Assembly (NCBI GenBank): GCA_904063045.1
Contig: CAJFCJ010000007.1
Span: 2,487,404-2,551,403, forward strand
Source of the DNA: Dimorphilus gyrociliatus
Taxonomy: Eukaryota; Animalia; Annelida
Length of the DNA stretch: 64,000 nt
Reading direction: 5' to 3'
Shown here: piece after piece, positions 1 to 15,009 of the stretch
How the letters are laid out: each line of letters starts with the position of its first letter
Position numbering within the stretch: position 1 is the stretch's first letter
Program-made: the position numbers and the translations under genes
The notes under the pieces: generated by a model
Database searches by the model: none
The model's input: the letters and a program-made list of their open reading frames with translations, nothing else
Told to the model about the DNA's origin: nothing

Positions 1-857
1 AAAAGTTGTAAAGCGACGCTTGATGGCTAAATTATTCCTTCTATTTTCCGACCGCTTAGATATGATGTTGTCGGTAAATGTCAGTAACAAAGTCACCGCC
101 AGCCTAATTCGACATTTTGGTCAGCGAGAAAATAATCCTAGAATAAATTGACGGACAGACGTTTTATCGCAATAACATAATGGTGTTGAATAAAAGCACA
201 ATCTTCTTATGGTGACAAGGTGCGTGTCACCGGGGACAACCCGGTGAGCGCAGACAAAATAGATTGTCCCCTTTAATAAACGCTTGCATCCAAAGTGTCA
301 TGAAATTACTAATAACAGTATCGAATTTGATTTCAATCTTTTATACTTTATACTAACTTGACTTTCCTGTATGGTATCTTTCCAATTTGACAAGGAGTAG
401 GGAAGAGAGGATCACTAGAATAAGATTCTTTTAAAAAAAAATGGAATAATCGTTGGACCGTAGCTGAGAATAGATTTTGTGTTAACAATACACGGGCTTT
501 GAAATGAATAATGGCGTATATGTATTATAACTAGTATCCACTTTGAACATATTCTACCTTCTTTTGCAATCCGCTGTTATTAATCTACGTAGTGTTGAAA
601 GGTTGAATTTAAGGAAATTCTGAAAAATGATTTGGTTCCAGCAGCCGACTTGGTCGGTAAATGCAATCACGTAATGATATCTTAGTGTTGTTGATATCAC
701 TTACAAAAGCATCTTCGATAGTTAGCAATGATATACAAGTCTACATGTTTTCTTTTTCAGTTGGATTTTTGCCTTCGGTCAATTAATCAGCACTTGTCCG
801 CTGGAACAACCGGGGGTGGAATTAATTGAGAAAAGTGTGTCAACACTAAAAAAAAAG

Positions 858-2000
858 ATGACAAACTATAGCTCTATGGAGGAGATAGAACCATACAAGT
901 ATGATTTGGAAATGCGTTTGAATGAATTGCTACATTCTCCGATAAAAATGACCGCACTAACGTTAAGCCTTATTTGCATACTATCCAATCTCTTATCAGC
1001 CGCTGCTATCAGACAGACGCCTTCGAGAATAGGCTCGAAAGCACACTTCATGCTCATCTGCAGCCTCACCCTGTCTGATGCATTGATCGGCTTTAGCGTC
1101 GCTCTACATATGATAAACAAAGTTTTAAAACCAAGTTCTACTAAAGATGCTCCCTTCCTTTTACTGGTATCGGAGTGCTCTTATATTTCGATAAAAGCGT
1201 TGAATAGCACATCTTTTGTAATAAGTCTTTTAAATCTTGTTGCAATGGCAATTGACCATTACTTAGCTATACTAAGACCATTACATCATCCTTCTTTATT
1301 GACAACACGTAGGACGGCCATTATAATATCTATGCTGTGGATTTTCTCCTTCATTGCTGGCTTTAGCGATTTCTTTACACCTTTCCTTATTAATCCCCAC
1401 TACAGCGGTGAGCTGAATTATTGCAAGAGGGTCATGTTTAATAAGTATAACGAAGAGTACTTAGTATTTACCATTGCCTTTGGAGCACTGGGCTTAATGG
1501 CATTCGTCTATGTTCGGATATATCTTAAAGTTCGACAGCGCCACAGAATGCCGTTGTTTCAGGACACAGGCGAGGCAATCAGAGCCAGTCATCAGCGAGC
1601 CTTAATTACAACACTCTTAATTTTGGGGACGTTCATTATAACTTGGCTACCTCTTTGTTTATTCGAAGTGGTACTTATCATTTACGTCAGCATCGATCCA
1701 GATTATTTGCCCACTCATCCAGAATTATTGCAACGATTAACGTACGCCAATGAGTTACTGTATGATCTGCTTCTCATGAACACTATCGCAGACCCGTTGA
1801 TTTACGCCATCAGAACACCGGAAGTAAGACTTGGCTACTCTAGATTATATTACAAACTCACTTGCCGTTCGAATAAACTAAATAGACATATAAAAAGACA
1901 AACAAGCGATTCGCAATTGAATCCAACATATTGTAGCGTCGCAATGACAGAAACCAGGTCTATTCGTCGAAACGATCCTAGTTCCTCAATAAAGCTCTAA
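858..2000 (+). CDS. Single-coding-exon class A (rhodopsin-like) GPCR, melanocortin/adenosine(MECA)-like orphan
   Basis: ORF 816..2000 opens at GTG; first ATG is at 858. It has seven hydrophobic segments, TM2 LTLSDAL, TM3 AIDHY (DRY variant), TM6 TWLP and TM7 DPLIY. A tttcag acceptor at about 760 suggests a non-coding upstream exon. Confidence 0.9.
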   Translation: MTNYSSMEEIEPYKYDLEMRLNELLHSPIKMTALTLSLICILSNLLSAAAIRQTPSRIGSKAHFMLICSLTLSDALIGFSVALHMINKVLKPSSTKDAPFLLLVSECSYISIKALNSTSFVISLLNLVAMAIDHYLAILRPLHHPSLLTTRRTAIIISMLWIFSFIAGFSDFFTPFLINPHYSGELNYCKRVMFNKYNEEYLVFTIAFGALGLMAFVYVRIYLKVRQRHRMPLFQDTGEAIRASHQRALITTLLILGTFIITWLPLCLFEVVLIIYVSIDPDYLPTHPELLQRLTYANELLYDLLLMNTIADPLIYAIRTPEVRLGYSRLYYKLTCRSNKLNRHIKRQTSDSQLNPTYCSVAMTETRSIRRNDPSSSIKL

Positions 2001-4119
2001 ATTTATTGAGTTACAAACAAACAAACACAAGTATATAATGACAATGATATGTATAATGCATAGATTAATGATACTTGTAACAATACAAACAAAAAACTGT
2101 AATAATGTATGCTCAGATTGTTCAAAAAAAGTTCTTTTTCTCCATTTTTCCCAAGTTTTGATAAATATTGAAAAAAGTTGCCATTTTGTTGTGTCCTCCT
2201 TTATTTTTAGTGTTTCAACCAAGATTAATAAACAGATATTGTTAAAGAAACTTACAATTTATATCCATAATTATTATTATTTAATTCATTAATTAATAGG
2301 CTAATTTAGAATTTTAATATTTTCTTTTAATAATCAGATTGAATATATAAATAGTTTATATGTTTTTGTTTAATTCTTCTAGGAATAACTCGAACGTTTT
2401 TATTCCTCTATAGAATAACATTAATCTTAATTATCCTGGTAATGAAAAGGTAAAAGAAAAAAGGAAAAGCCCGATTTTCCCTTTTTTTCATTTCCTTGTC
2501 CAACCCCGACTTGGATTGAATGAAGACTTTATACTAATTATTAACTTGATTTTAGTCTTCTTAATCGGAAATATGCAAATTATTCGTACTAGAGGGAATT
2601 TTATTTTTGTTTTCAATCTGTGTTTTGACCCTTGAAAGAAACCTTAGATATATGAAAACAGCCTTCAAACAAGAAACTTTTACATATTGTATCTAATTAG
2701 TTTACGACGTGGCTCTATATAGCTTCCTTCCTCTGATTTTCTCTTCTGATTTGACACCCCATTTTTAAATTATCTTAACGAAATAGCCAATCGAGTAATA
2801 AACCTCTTTTCCGTAGAAAAAAGGCTTTTGGAACCATTTTACTTAATCCTGCACATTATAAAATGGACTTATTATTCATCACGGCATAAAAAAAATTAGA
2901 TAGAGATAATCAATAATCTATTAGACGTATTTATCTTTTGTTCATTTTTTCAATCCTTTTTTCGCATGCTGCACAGCTCATTTTCTCTTTTAATCTAACT
3001 CTAAAACAGAGAGGAAAAAATCCGTTTTTAATTACTCTCAATAACCTTTACTTGGTCTGAAGAATATAGGATTTCCATCTATCTTTCATCGCCTATAATG
3101 ACTGTTTATTTGAAACTAAACCTAGCATTGCATAGTACTACCAAAGGTATTATGAGCCTGTTAAATAACTTGTAATTTAACTAATAAATACAATCGATCG
3201 AACTTGTTTTATATTAGATTATTTCTTGTTTTTGCAATGGCATAAAAAAGCAATCTATAGATAAATTATCTATATTATCGATCCTAATCAGATAATCTAT
3301 CTATATGCTCCATTAATTATATTCCGATTAAGATAACTATAATTTATTCTAACCTACAATTAAAATATCAAAATACAACTGTTCATTCATATATTTTATT
3401 ATGAAATATTATTGACGAGACTATAATCTTTAAGAGGAAGGAATAATCAATTACAGATAAAGTTATAATATACTGATAGTATTACTGTGGTTGTTTATAT
3501 TCTGATCGATATTTGTATACACGTATAGTCTGATAAAGATGAGATGAATAAACTTATAAAGAGTAGAAATACTTCTTTTACTTTTTTCTCTAAAAAAAAA
3601 AAGAAAAAGAAAGAAATGTAAAATTTTTCACTACGAACAAGAGCTTTTTTTTTAAAAGACTGCACATGTGATTTCTTCATCTTTCCTTATTAATGAATAA
3701 TAAAAAGAGAATCTTCTCATTTTTTTCTGATAAAATATGGCACTGCAAAAGAAAAAACTTTTTTTTTTGTTGGGAGGAGAAGGAGAAGAAGGGAGAGAAG
3801 GTGATAGTTTAAGTGTTTAGTAAAAAAAAGGGAAGAAAATGTTCCCTATTCTTTCTCCTAGCTGCATCCAAAAAGATTGCTTTCTCTCTTATTTGTTTGT
3901 TATTTTTGGATAGTTTGTTTTGTTTGTTTTACGCTTTTTACTATTTTTTTTATGCTTTAATAGTGTTTTTTAAGCTAAATTTCTTCTACGGAGAAATGTC
4001 CACTACGATCAATACTGGAAAAAGAAGTATAAGAGGGTTATGCTTTCTTTCTTAAGTTTTTGTTTCGGGTAATGAAAATGTTTTTGGTTGTTTTGTTTTG
4101 TTTTGTTTTAAGTGTTTTC

Positions 4120-5940
4120 TTAAAAATTTGTCTCCATCTTGTGTCGGAAGCTCAGTTGAGTTGAACGATTACGGATTGGAACAACTGGCGGATGTTGGCA
4201 GGAACGTTTGGGAGAGGCATAAGGATTTTCGATTTCCGGTTCATTCATTAGAAGTTCTGTAGGGGGTGGGGGAAGATCGATCGTATCCAATATTTCTCCA
4301 GCACTTGCGTTACGTCTGTGAGTAGGTCTACTAACGACAGGTGACGATGGGTTACTCTTGGGAGGTGGTGGCAGGGTTACATCGGACGATATTGAAAGAG
4401 AACTTGTTGTTCTGCAGATTTGGTTTAAAGCTTCCAGTGATTCTGCCGACGGAATTTCCGGAAAGTATTCCTCTCTCCTTAGCTTTCTTTCCTCGCATAT
4501 TCCAGAATCACCACTGGGAACTCGACGATGGCCTACAGGTGGCGCCAAGCCACTCTGCGGTGATAGACAACCGTTGCAGAAAGAGTTAGTTCTACTGCAG
4601 GCCGCAACGCTAGCTTTAGCCGACTCAAAATTTTCATGCAGTTGATGGCCGACTTTTGCCAATCTAATTGCCATTAACCAATGCATAGCAACCTTTTTAG
4701 ATTCTGCGCATAAATATCTAACATACTTTGACAAATTTTTTGAATGAACATGACTTGGCTTTAAGGCAAACCCGAACTCGGTCGGCGACTTTAAACGTTT
4801 TTTCCAATCAATTGCCGTGTATACTTCAACATTTGCCAAAGATGCATACGGCATTAGCTCGATATGTCCACTTTTACACCTTCCTTTTACAAGATAAATC
4901 CCATCTGGCCTTAGCAAACATACGTGCTTCTTCCAACTTTTCTTTCCTTCAATCTTCAACCATAAACAATGTTCTAGCTGCGGTACCCGTATAACATTAT
5001 CAGCAAAACATTCTGTAACTAGTAATTCTCTATCAGCTGCCTCCAATTGTCGGACAGAGCAGACGTCGTTCGTCATAAGATAATCGTGAGGATTAGCGAA
5101 TAAATCGTACTTATCAGGTCTTCTTACAAATAAAATTCTGTTACTGTTATCCTTATCATTTGGCCAATCGAGACAGACGCTTACCAGTCTCTCATGATCC
5201 TCTAATAAACGCTCCATGTGTAATTCGGGTATTTGTTCGACGAGAGCCCAGCTAGGGGTAGGTCTACAATGGTTTTTAGTAACTAATACATCAACCACGT
5301 CCCGAACGGTCATGCTTTCATCTAGAAAGAGACTCTTGGAGCAACCATCAGCAGTGAATATGCGAAGGAATAATTTACGAATATTAGCATCTTTTATCTT
5401 TTGTATAGCCATGCGAAGCTTGTCAGCTTTTACCCTTGCGGCCTCTTCGGCCTGAATTTGATTTAAGTGCTGATTTGGAACCCCGCGAGAACCGCCACTG
5501 CTCGAAGACGAGCTACTGTGTCGGCTGATTGCAGTCGTAACAGATAAACGACTGTCGGAATTAGGCATACTTTGAAGAGACATAGTTTCGGAATAGGCGG
5601 AGTCCATATCGGCTTCACAATGTGGAGCAACAAAATTATCCGGAGGTAGAGGAGGCTGCGGAACTTTCGGAAGGGAACCCCGTCTATGTTTATTTAATGA
5701 GTTATCAGAGGAATTTTTTTTCATCGATGACTCAGGAGGCACGGAAAATTTACGAATCATCGCTGACTTTTCACACTCTCTATCTATATCTTTACCTAGG
5801 GAATTTAGTAAATCTAAGACAGCGTCCAATTCAGCCTCTGCTCTACAGTTTTCCTCGTCGTTACCGTTTGTATAGATGAAAGAAGCCCTTAATCTTTCGG
5901 TAGCTAAATCTGTAGTGAGTCGTCGTTCGATTTGTTGCTC
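4120..5940 (-). CDS. MRL-family adaptor (MIG-10/RIAM/lamellipodin/pico-like), RA + PH domains; large 3' coding exon, first exon not located
   Basis: RA domain (LRIFTADGCSKSLFLDESMTVRDVVDVLVTKNH) and PH domain (LWLKIEGKKSWKKH...WLMAIRLAKVG), LPPPP EVH1-type motifs and no SH2. The frame stays open upstream of the listed TTG to an AG acceptor at 5941-5942, adding EQQIERR...ELDAVLDLL. Confidence 0.88.
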   Translation of the reverse strand, partial: EQQIERRLTTDLATERLRASFIYTNGNDEENCRAEAELDAVLDLLNSLGKDIDRECEKSAMIRKFSVPPESSMKKNSSDNSLNKHRRGSLPKVPQPPLPPDNFVAPHCEADMDSAYSETMSLQSMPNSDSRLSVTTAISRHSSSSSSSGGSRGVPNQHLNQIQAEEAARVKADKLRMAIQKIKDANIRKLFLRIFTADGCSKSLFLDESMTVRDVVDVLVTKNHCRPTPSWALVEQIPELHMERLLEDHERLVSVCLDWPNDKDNSNRILFVRRPDKYDLFANPHDYLMTNDVCSVRQLEAADRELLVTECFADNVIRVPQLEHCLWLKIEGKKSWKKHVCLLRPDGIYLVKGRCKSGHIELMPYASLANVEVYTAIDWKKRLKSPTEFGFALKPSHVHSKNLSKYVRYLCAESKKVAMHWLMAIRLAKVGHQLHENFESAKASVAACSRTNSFCNGCLSPQSGLAPPVGHRRVPSGDSGICEERKLRREEYFPEIPSAESLEALNQICRTTSSLSISSDVTLPPPPKSNPSSPVVSRPTHRRNASAGEILDTIDLPPPPTELLMNEPEIENPYASPKRSCQHPPVVPIRNRSTQLSFRHKMETNF

Positions 5941-7299
5941 CTGTATTAATAAAATACGAATAGAATGTTAAACACGTCAAGAATGCTACGACGAGGACGT
6001 TTTACAAAAACATTGTATTGGAAGTGAATAAAAAAGAGAGGTGAGAGAGAAAAAGAATGGGGAGGGGGAGTGGAATAGTAAGGGGGGCGCACACAACCAA
6101 AAATAATGGGGGAGTTTTAGGGGGGAGAAAAAAGTGCGCCCAAAGCTAACTGAATTCTACAAATTGAGCTCTCCCGCATCTGCTTTGCGCCGAATTCGAT
6201 TAAATTACTCTCGAAATCCGAAGTCTACAAATACCTCGTTTGTATGTCTGGGGTCGAAAATCGATACAAAAAAAAACGCGTCTGTACCATGTTATTTTAT
6301 CGAAAGCTATTTCAGGCCTATTATACGTAATTATTATAATATGTACCGCATGTACTATGTAGAACATTTATATATAAATATAGCTTGATGCAATGAGTCG
6401 ATATGAAAAGGTAGAAAGGGTAAAAAGGGCTTTAATGATAGAGAGTAGAGAGATAGAAAAAAGAGACTGCTATATATCTAAAGATCCTACCTCAAATCCA
6501 AGTTATGATTAAATAACCTAGCCATCGAAAGGTATAGCTAAGTTCTCTGCAGAACGCATCCGATTAAAAAGATTTTGCAGTGAATCATTCGAAAACTACA
6601 ACCGCAACGTTGAGTCTACCGCTTGTTCTTTTTTCTCTCTAGCTGCCGAGCCGAATCAATATGTAGCCTGGTTCTCTTCCCGCACCCTAAAAGCTGGGTT
6701 TCCGTGAAAATTTTATAGGAAATACACACAACGGACAACTTTATCTAATGAATATTTATGGACCATCTGTTTGAGCGTGTTTCTGCACGTGCACCCTTAA
6801 TAATTAGGTATTGAATAAGTTAAATACTTTTTTTTATTACTTCAGGCCTTTGTTGCCAGTTGGAACTTGTTTATTTAGCGAGAAAATTGTACAATTCTCT
6901 TCTACTCCCCCACTATCGTCTTCCTTTACTGCTTTTTAATTAGATTTACTTAAGCGTCTTAATTATTCGCTTGATCGATGCGCTTGTTGAATGTTTTTAC
7001 ATAGCGTAGGCGGAGCTTATAAATCTATCAATTATCCATACCTGTCCGCTAATCTTCGCGACCTTTCAACCGATCTTCCTTCCCAGCACCTGCCTCGCTC
7101 TTTTACCTTTATTTCTATAGGTCTATCTATCTCTCTATCAATCTTCAACGCTCTTCTCTCCTATTCTTTGGCTTTTCCCTTTCTATTGAGCTAATTCAGG
7201 CACTCGCGTTTTTTCCATAAACTAGTTTCTAAAGTACTTCTACTTGTTTTTCAGTCTCAACCAGTACAGAGAGTGTACAAGTGTACATAGCATATACTC

Positions 7300-7302
<3 letters not shown>

Positions 7303-7364
<62 letters not shown>
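7303..7364. repeat. (CT)n microsatellite
   Basis: About 30 uninterrupted CT units. Confidence 0.97.
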
Positions 7365-7367
<3 letters not shown>

Positions 7368-9130
7368 TCTTTCTATGTCTACTCTCTATCACTTCCTGTT
7401 CATATCGTTTTACTAAGACTTTTTCGCATTTTACTATATGTACAAATTTCTATATCGATATTTATATAAGGAAATTTTTTTATACGTCCCTCTATAAATA
7501 TATATTAGTCAGTTGACATTCTATTCATATTCTCACTTAAAAGACTTGCTTATTCAACGGTTATTGTAGAAAAATTGCGCAAAAAGACGACGATTATTCC
7601 CATTATTTGCCGTGTAAAATTATCTATTCTTAGGCCTATCGAGTATGTAGTAAGAGTAAAGAAGAAAATAAAGGTAGGGGGAGTGGGGAGAGAGGGAAAG
7701 AAGGAAATTTTTTATGAACAAATCAAATAAATGGGCAAAAAGAAGTTGGTTTTGCATGTTGAACATGTGCTAGAAAGTTTTTATGCCCAATTCTCGTCTG
7801 ATCTAATCTTTGAAATCGACAAATAAACATTATATATGTACGATTTATTGATATAAGGCTAAGGTAGTGTTTTTTCTTTATGTAATAGTATAGCTGTTAA
7901 AGAAAGAAAATGTATAGAAGGCAAAAAAAACTAGTATATCAAGATAAGAAAATGCATTAGATGGCGCTATCTGAAAGTATAAGTGTGGTCTAGTTCCGGT
8001 TAGAGCGGGATAATAAGATTACGGAACGTAATAACGAACACACGCCCACGTATAGACTGACTGAGAATGCTGTGCACTTGAACGTCTGGAAGCTCTTAAT
8101 AATAGGAATAAAAATTTACATTTACATATCTTAAAACTCTTATCCATGTAAAGAAAATCAAAGAAGTTGGGAAAGAGGCTTTCTAGGTTCTACAAATCGA
8201 TCTACTAATTCCAGCTAATATGTTAGAAAATGCATTAGATCACAATCTGTTGTCTTAATCATAATTAATAATGGCAGCTATATAAAGTACATAATAATCT
8301 TGAAACAAATCGTTAACCAGTGTATTAGTTAATAAGTAAAAAAGTTTACGAATTGCTAATACGTACCATGTTTGTAGGCGTTGACTTCAATTTATCTCGC
8401 ACACTTCTATTCGAAAGATTTGGTTTATTTCTGTGTTCGACTCAGCTTGAAACTCGGGCGATTGGTGCAGGTGGCGTTCTATTCGAAAGAGGATGTTATT
8501 TTTTACGCACCGAAAAATTTGTAGGTTATATACTATAAACATATGGAAATGGTAATGAACTGTTAAATATTACTCGTTTTTAATCAAAACAAATATATAT
8601 ATAGATCGTAACTTGGCTCCTGGTTAGGAAAATAATAATAAATAAATATTTTTCTACAAAAGGTAAATAATATCATTTCCTTCAAAAAAAAAAAGTTGAA
8701 GCGCCGACCATCTACTGCTATCGCCATCTCTCGTCCATCACTTTCGAAGAACCTTAGGCACATTTAGGTATTATGTGCTTGTTTTGTTGGAAGATTGTCA
8801 AAAGAATGGAATAAAAGATGTAAGGCGAGATGGACAAGTACACGCGACACACCCTTGAAAACGACTAAGAAAGAAGCTTTTGAACTTTGAGGAAAATGCA
8901 TTCTGTAAAAAAAGTGTTGCATATTATGTCCTACATTGATTTGGTCGCTGTTTGTGTTATTATTATTTGTTTACACAATACATACAAACCTATGAACGGT
9001 TCTCATGGTAACTTATATAGTTTGTTGGAAAAATTTCCTAGATGGCGTGTTAGAACGTTGCTAAGTGGTCGCGGCGGCGGCGGCGGTTTATTGAGTCATG
9101 TTGCATTAAGAAAGGCGTTCGAACGGCAGC

Positions 9131-9333
9131 ATGGGCTGCTTGGGAAGTGGAAAAGATGATGAGAGCAAAGAGCAAGAGAATAAGAGCAAGTTGATTGAAA
9201 AGCAATTAGAAAAGGATAAACAAAAGTAAATTTGAATATCTTGGCTGAATCGATAGACTTTGTTTTAAAGCCAGTTAATGATTTTTTTCCCTTTCCAATA
9301 GGTACAAGGCGACTCATCGGCTGCTTTTATTAG
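9131..9333 (+). CDS. GNAS: G-alpha-s alternative N-terminus (exon 1A, split by a 76-nt intron)
   Basis: 9131-9225 + 9302-9333 translate to [42 protein letters not shown](G). Intron 9226-9301 is gtaaat...ccaatag. The unit ends at a phase-1 donor (g|gtacg), the same phase as exon 1B, so it can splice to 10258. Confidence 0.88.
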
Positions 9334-10029
9334 GTACGAACTGTTTTTTATCTACTTCTTAATGTTTTACCTTGTAAAAGTCGTATCGTATACTGCGTAT
9401 GCATGTATTATGTATAAATCTCTGACTTGAAAGCATTCGTATTGTAAGGAAGATTGATCATGGCTTAGCTGCTGTATGCTTTTTAAGTATAAACAGCAAT
9501 GAAATTATTATTGAATGAGGCGGATTATTTCGAGGCCTCTGTGCTTATTTTTAACCGCTATTCGGCCAAATTTTCCTCTCAACTTGTTTTTCGAATTTTT
9601 TGTCGTCGCTTCCCTAAAAATTTTTCGAACGGCCGTCAGATGGCGATGGTGACGGAAGTAAAATATATGTTATCGCAAGTGATTAAAATCCAATTGGATA
9701 ATTAATGAAGATGTGAGAAAAATAAATAAGATATTTATCGGTCAAAAGTGTGCGGATAATACGTAAATGAAAATGCAGCGAATCTTCTTATCACGTGACT
9801 CATTATGGCTAGCATTCCCAGAATGCACTTAACCGCACCCTGAGCCTTAGAAATTTTTGCGAAAATCAGTGATTGAATGCACGATAACAGAATTTATTCA
9901 AGTGGAAACTAAACTTTATGGATTGTTGAATCCCTCGGATAATTGCACAACTCAAAAGATACTGAAGTGGCGCGCGTAGAAAGGGCCGAAAGCGGTGGAG
10001 GCCGTCGTGCCAGCCTGCCTTTAAGGTCA

Positions 10030-13143
<3,114 letters not shown>

Positions 13144-13360
13144 CTGTTTGTGTAAATAGACAATTTTTTTGCAAACGGCGGCTTCAGGTTGGGTTTCGAG
13201 CGTTGCCAGTGTCTAGTGACGATCGAACTTGGGGGCTGTCGTTTCGAAAGTGATGATTATAAAGTGATGTACGCGAATACTACTACTAATAATAATGATA
13301 ATAATCAACAATAATATAAGAGTAAGAATTCAGAGTAGTTTTTATGGAAAAATTGTCTGA

Positions 13361-13366
13361 AATAAA
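13361..13366 (+). terminator. Candidate poly(A) signal for G-alpha-s terminal exon A
   Basis: AATAAA about 220 nt after the exon A stop and upstream of the exon B acceptor. Confidence 0.4.
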
Positions 13367-13830
13367 AATTTTGACGAATTGTTGAAACCCGCTCTGTTTC
13401 CGCCTTGACGATCGAGTCGGCACCGTCCGCCGTCTTCTACATTTAAGTGTTTCTAACAAACAGTTTGTGTATATGCTCATTGATGTAACGCTTTGTATAA
13501 GTGTGATATATCTTGATTATAGTTAATTTGACGACCAGTTATTGTGGTTTCTATGTATAAATGGATTATATAATAATTCTATATGGCATCTGTAGGACTG
13601 CAGGTGCGCGTGCAATACACTGACAAGTTTCTTTATAAGACGTCACTTTCCAGGTGCCCCCCCCGCGAACGCACAAAAAAAAAGCAAAGGTTAAGTAACA
13701 AATACAGTATTCGTACGAATGTGTTGTCGAAATCGTTCAATTTAGTATTTTTTTTTTGATTTTTATCGGATGCTGTTAAAATTCCACTTCATATAGATTA
13801 GTACGTATATATGTTGCGTTTATTTCGCAG

Positions 13831-13977
13831 AAAATCAGCACATCGGCCAACGAGGAAGAGAAACGCTGTTACCCACACTTTACATGTGCCGTCGACACGC
13901 AGAATATCCGACGAGTCTTCAATGACTGTCAGATAATAATTCAAAGAATGTACCTGAAGCAGATGGGTCTTCTATGA
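13831..13977 (+). CDS. GNAS: G-alpha-s alternative terminal exon B (C-terminus [10 protein letters not shown])
   Basis: Acceptor tttcgcag at 13823-13830, then 147 nt in phase 0: [48 protein letters not shown]. Same length and phase as exon A (12997-13143); 33 of 48 residues identical by manual alignment. Confidence 0.9.
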   Translation, partial: KISTSANEEEKRCYPHFTCAVDTQNIRRVFNDCQIIIQRMYLKQMGLL

Positions 13978-14011
13978 ACGATATATGTGTGTGAATTACT
14001 TTTTTTTAAAT

Positions 14012-14017
14012 TTTATT
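14012..14017 (-). terminator. Candidate poly(A) signal of PARP16
   Basis: AATAAA on the minus strand immediately after the PARP16 TAA (14018-14020). Confidence 0.5.
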
Positions 14018-14908
14018 TTAGAAGTTACGCTTGAAAATAGACGAATTGTACAAAGCAATTGCTAAAAGTATTAAGCAATATCCAAAAATTATTAACCAAA
14101 ACGATCCCCATTTCTTTCCTTTATCGTATTTGTAGATAAGTAAATAGCGAATTATTACCGCTTCGTTGTTGGTTGCCACCAGGTACTTTTCCGGAACCTT
14201 CGTTTTATTAGTTTCGCCTCGTTTAACCCACGCATGATTGTCGACTGCTTCGCATACGGCAATACATCGTAATCGTTTTCCGATTAGATTCTCGCGCAGA
14301 ATATGAAAGACAGAAGAAAAGTTCAAGCAGACGTGTAGTTCAGTTGATAAATAGGTACCTTCTCCAAAAAGAGAGGTCTTATTCAAATGATTTTGTAATC
14401 CATAATGCGTAATCGAGTGAAAATTTTCTAAACTGCTACCATGATAAGCAAATACAGTTGGGTGATCCCGAGCTAAGTTATTAAACTTTTGTTGTACTAT
14501 TGGAGAATAAGTAACTTCAAAGATAAAATCGGGTTTAATGGTTGATTGAATCTGGCCGCAAAGCATAGAAACAGTAGGGAAAAATGAGGATGGTCGAGAT
14601 TGCAAAGAGTACTGTCTTTCATCTACTGCCCAATTTAACAGCTCTCTCTGATCGCTTGTGATGGTGTCAATATTTTCTAATACTTCAGTTAAAGGTGGTA
14701 TATTTTTGAAAAACTTCAGCATAGAGTCGTAATCGACCTCCTCTTTAACAAACTTCGCTGGTACAGGTCTGCAGACTGACGACCGTTTATAACTAGTTAA
14801 GGCCGCAAAAAAGATACTCAAACGTAGATCGCACGCATAAATATCCTTCTGCAGGCGATCTTTCAGCTTAGCTACACTCTCCACATCTGAAATTTCCCTC
14901 GCATTCAT
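14018..14908 (-). CDS. PARP16: Mono-ADP-ribosyltransferase PARP16/ARTD15-like, intronless, tail-anchored
   Basis: AYHGSSLENFHSITHYGL, LFGEGTYLSTEL and PEKYLVATNN (H-Y-Y type triad), plus a C-terminal TM helix. First ATG is at 14908; the listed ORF opens at TTG 14914. Confidence 0.92.
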   Translation of the reverse strand: MNAREISDVESVAKLKDRLQKDIYACDLRLSIFFAALTSYKRSSVCRPVPAKFVKEEVDYDSMLKFFKNIPPLTEVLENIDTITSDQRELLNWAVDERQYSLQSRPSSFFPTVSMLCGQIQSTIKPDFIFEVTYSPIVQQKFNNLARDHPTVFAYHGSSLENFHSITHYGLQNHLNKTSLFGEGTYLSTELHVCLNFSSVFHILRENLIGKRLRCIAVCEAVDNHAWVKRGETNKTKVPEKYLVATNNEAVIIRYLLIYKYDKGKKWGSFWLIIFGYCLILLAIALYNSSIFKRNF

Positions 14909-15009
14909 TCTCAAAGGTTATAAAAGCGTTATAATGTTATTATTTTCGAAACGTGTAATAAAAAAATGTAAAACATTCTATGACTTAGGCTACCAGTTTT
15001 TATCTACTG

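Noticed and set aside
4120-5829. MRL gene as an intronless retrocopy starting at TTG
   Set aside because: The frame continues to a proper AG acceptor at 5941-5942, so the gene is spliced.
7244-7516. ORFs with SLSLSL runs (also 29615..29974, 29659..29946 and 25893..26087)
   Set aside because: They are translations of (CT)n/(AG)n microsatellites.
13831-13977. Exon B as a remnant of a separate G-alpha-i/o gene
   Set aside because: Its body ([21 protein letters not shown]..IIQRM) is Gs-specific and matches exon A in length and phase. Residue -4 is Met, not the pertussis-toxin Cys of Gi/o.
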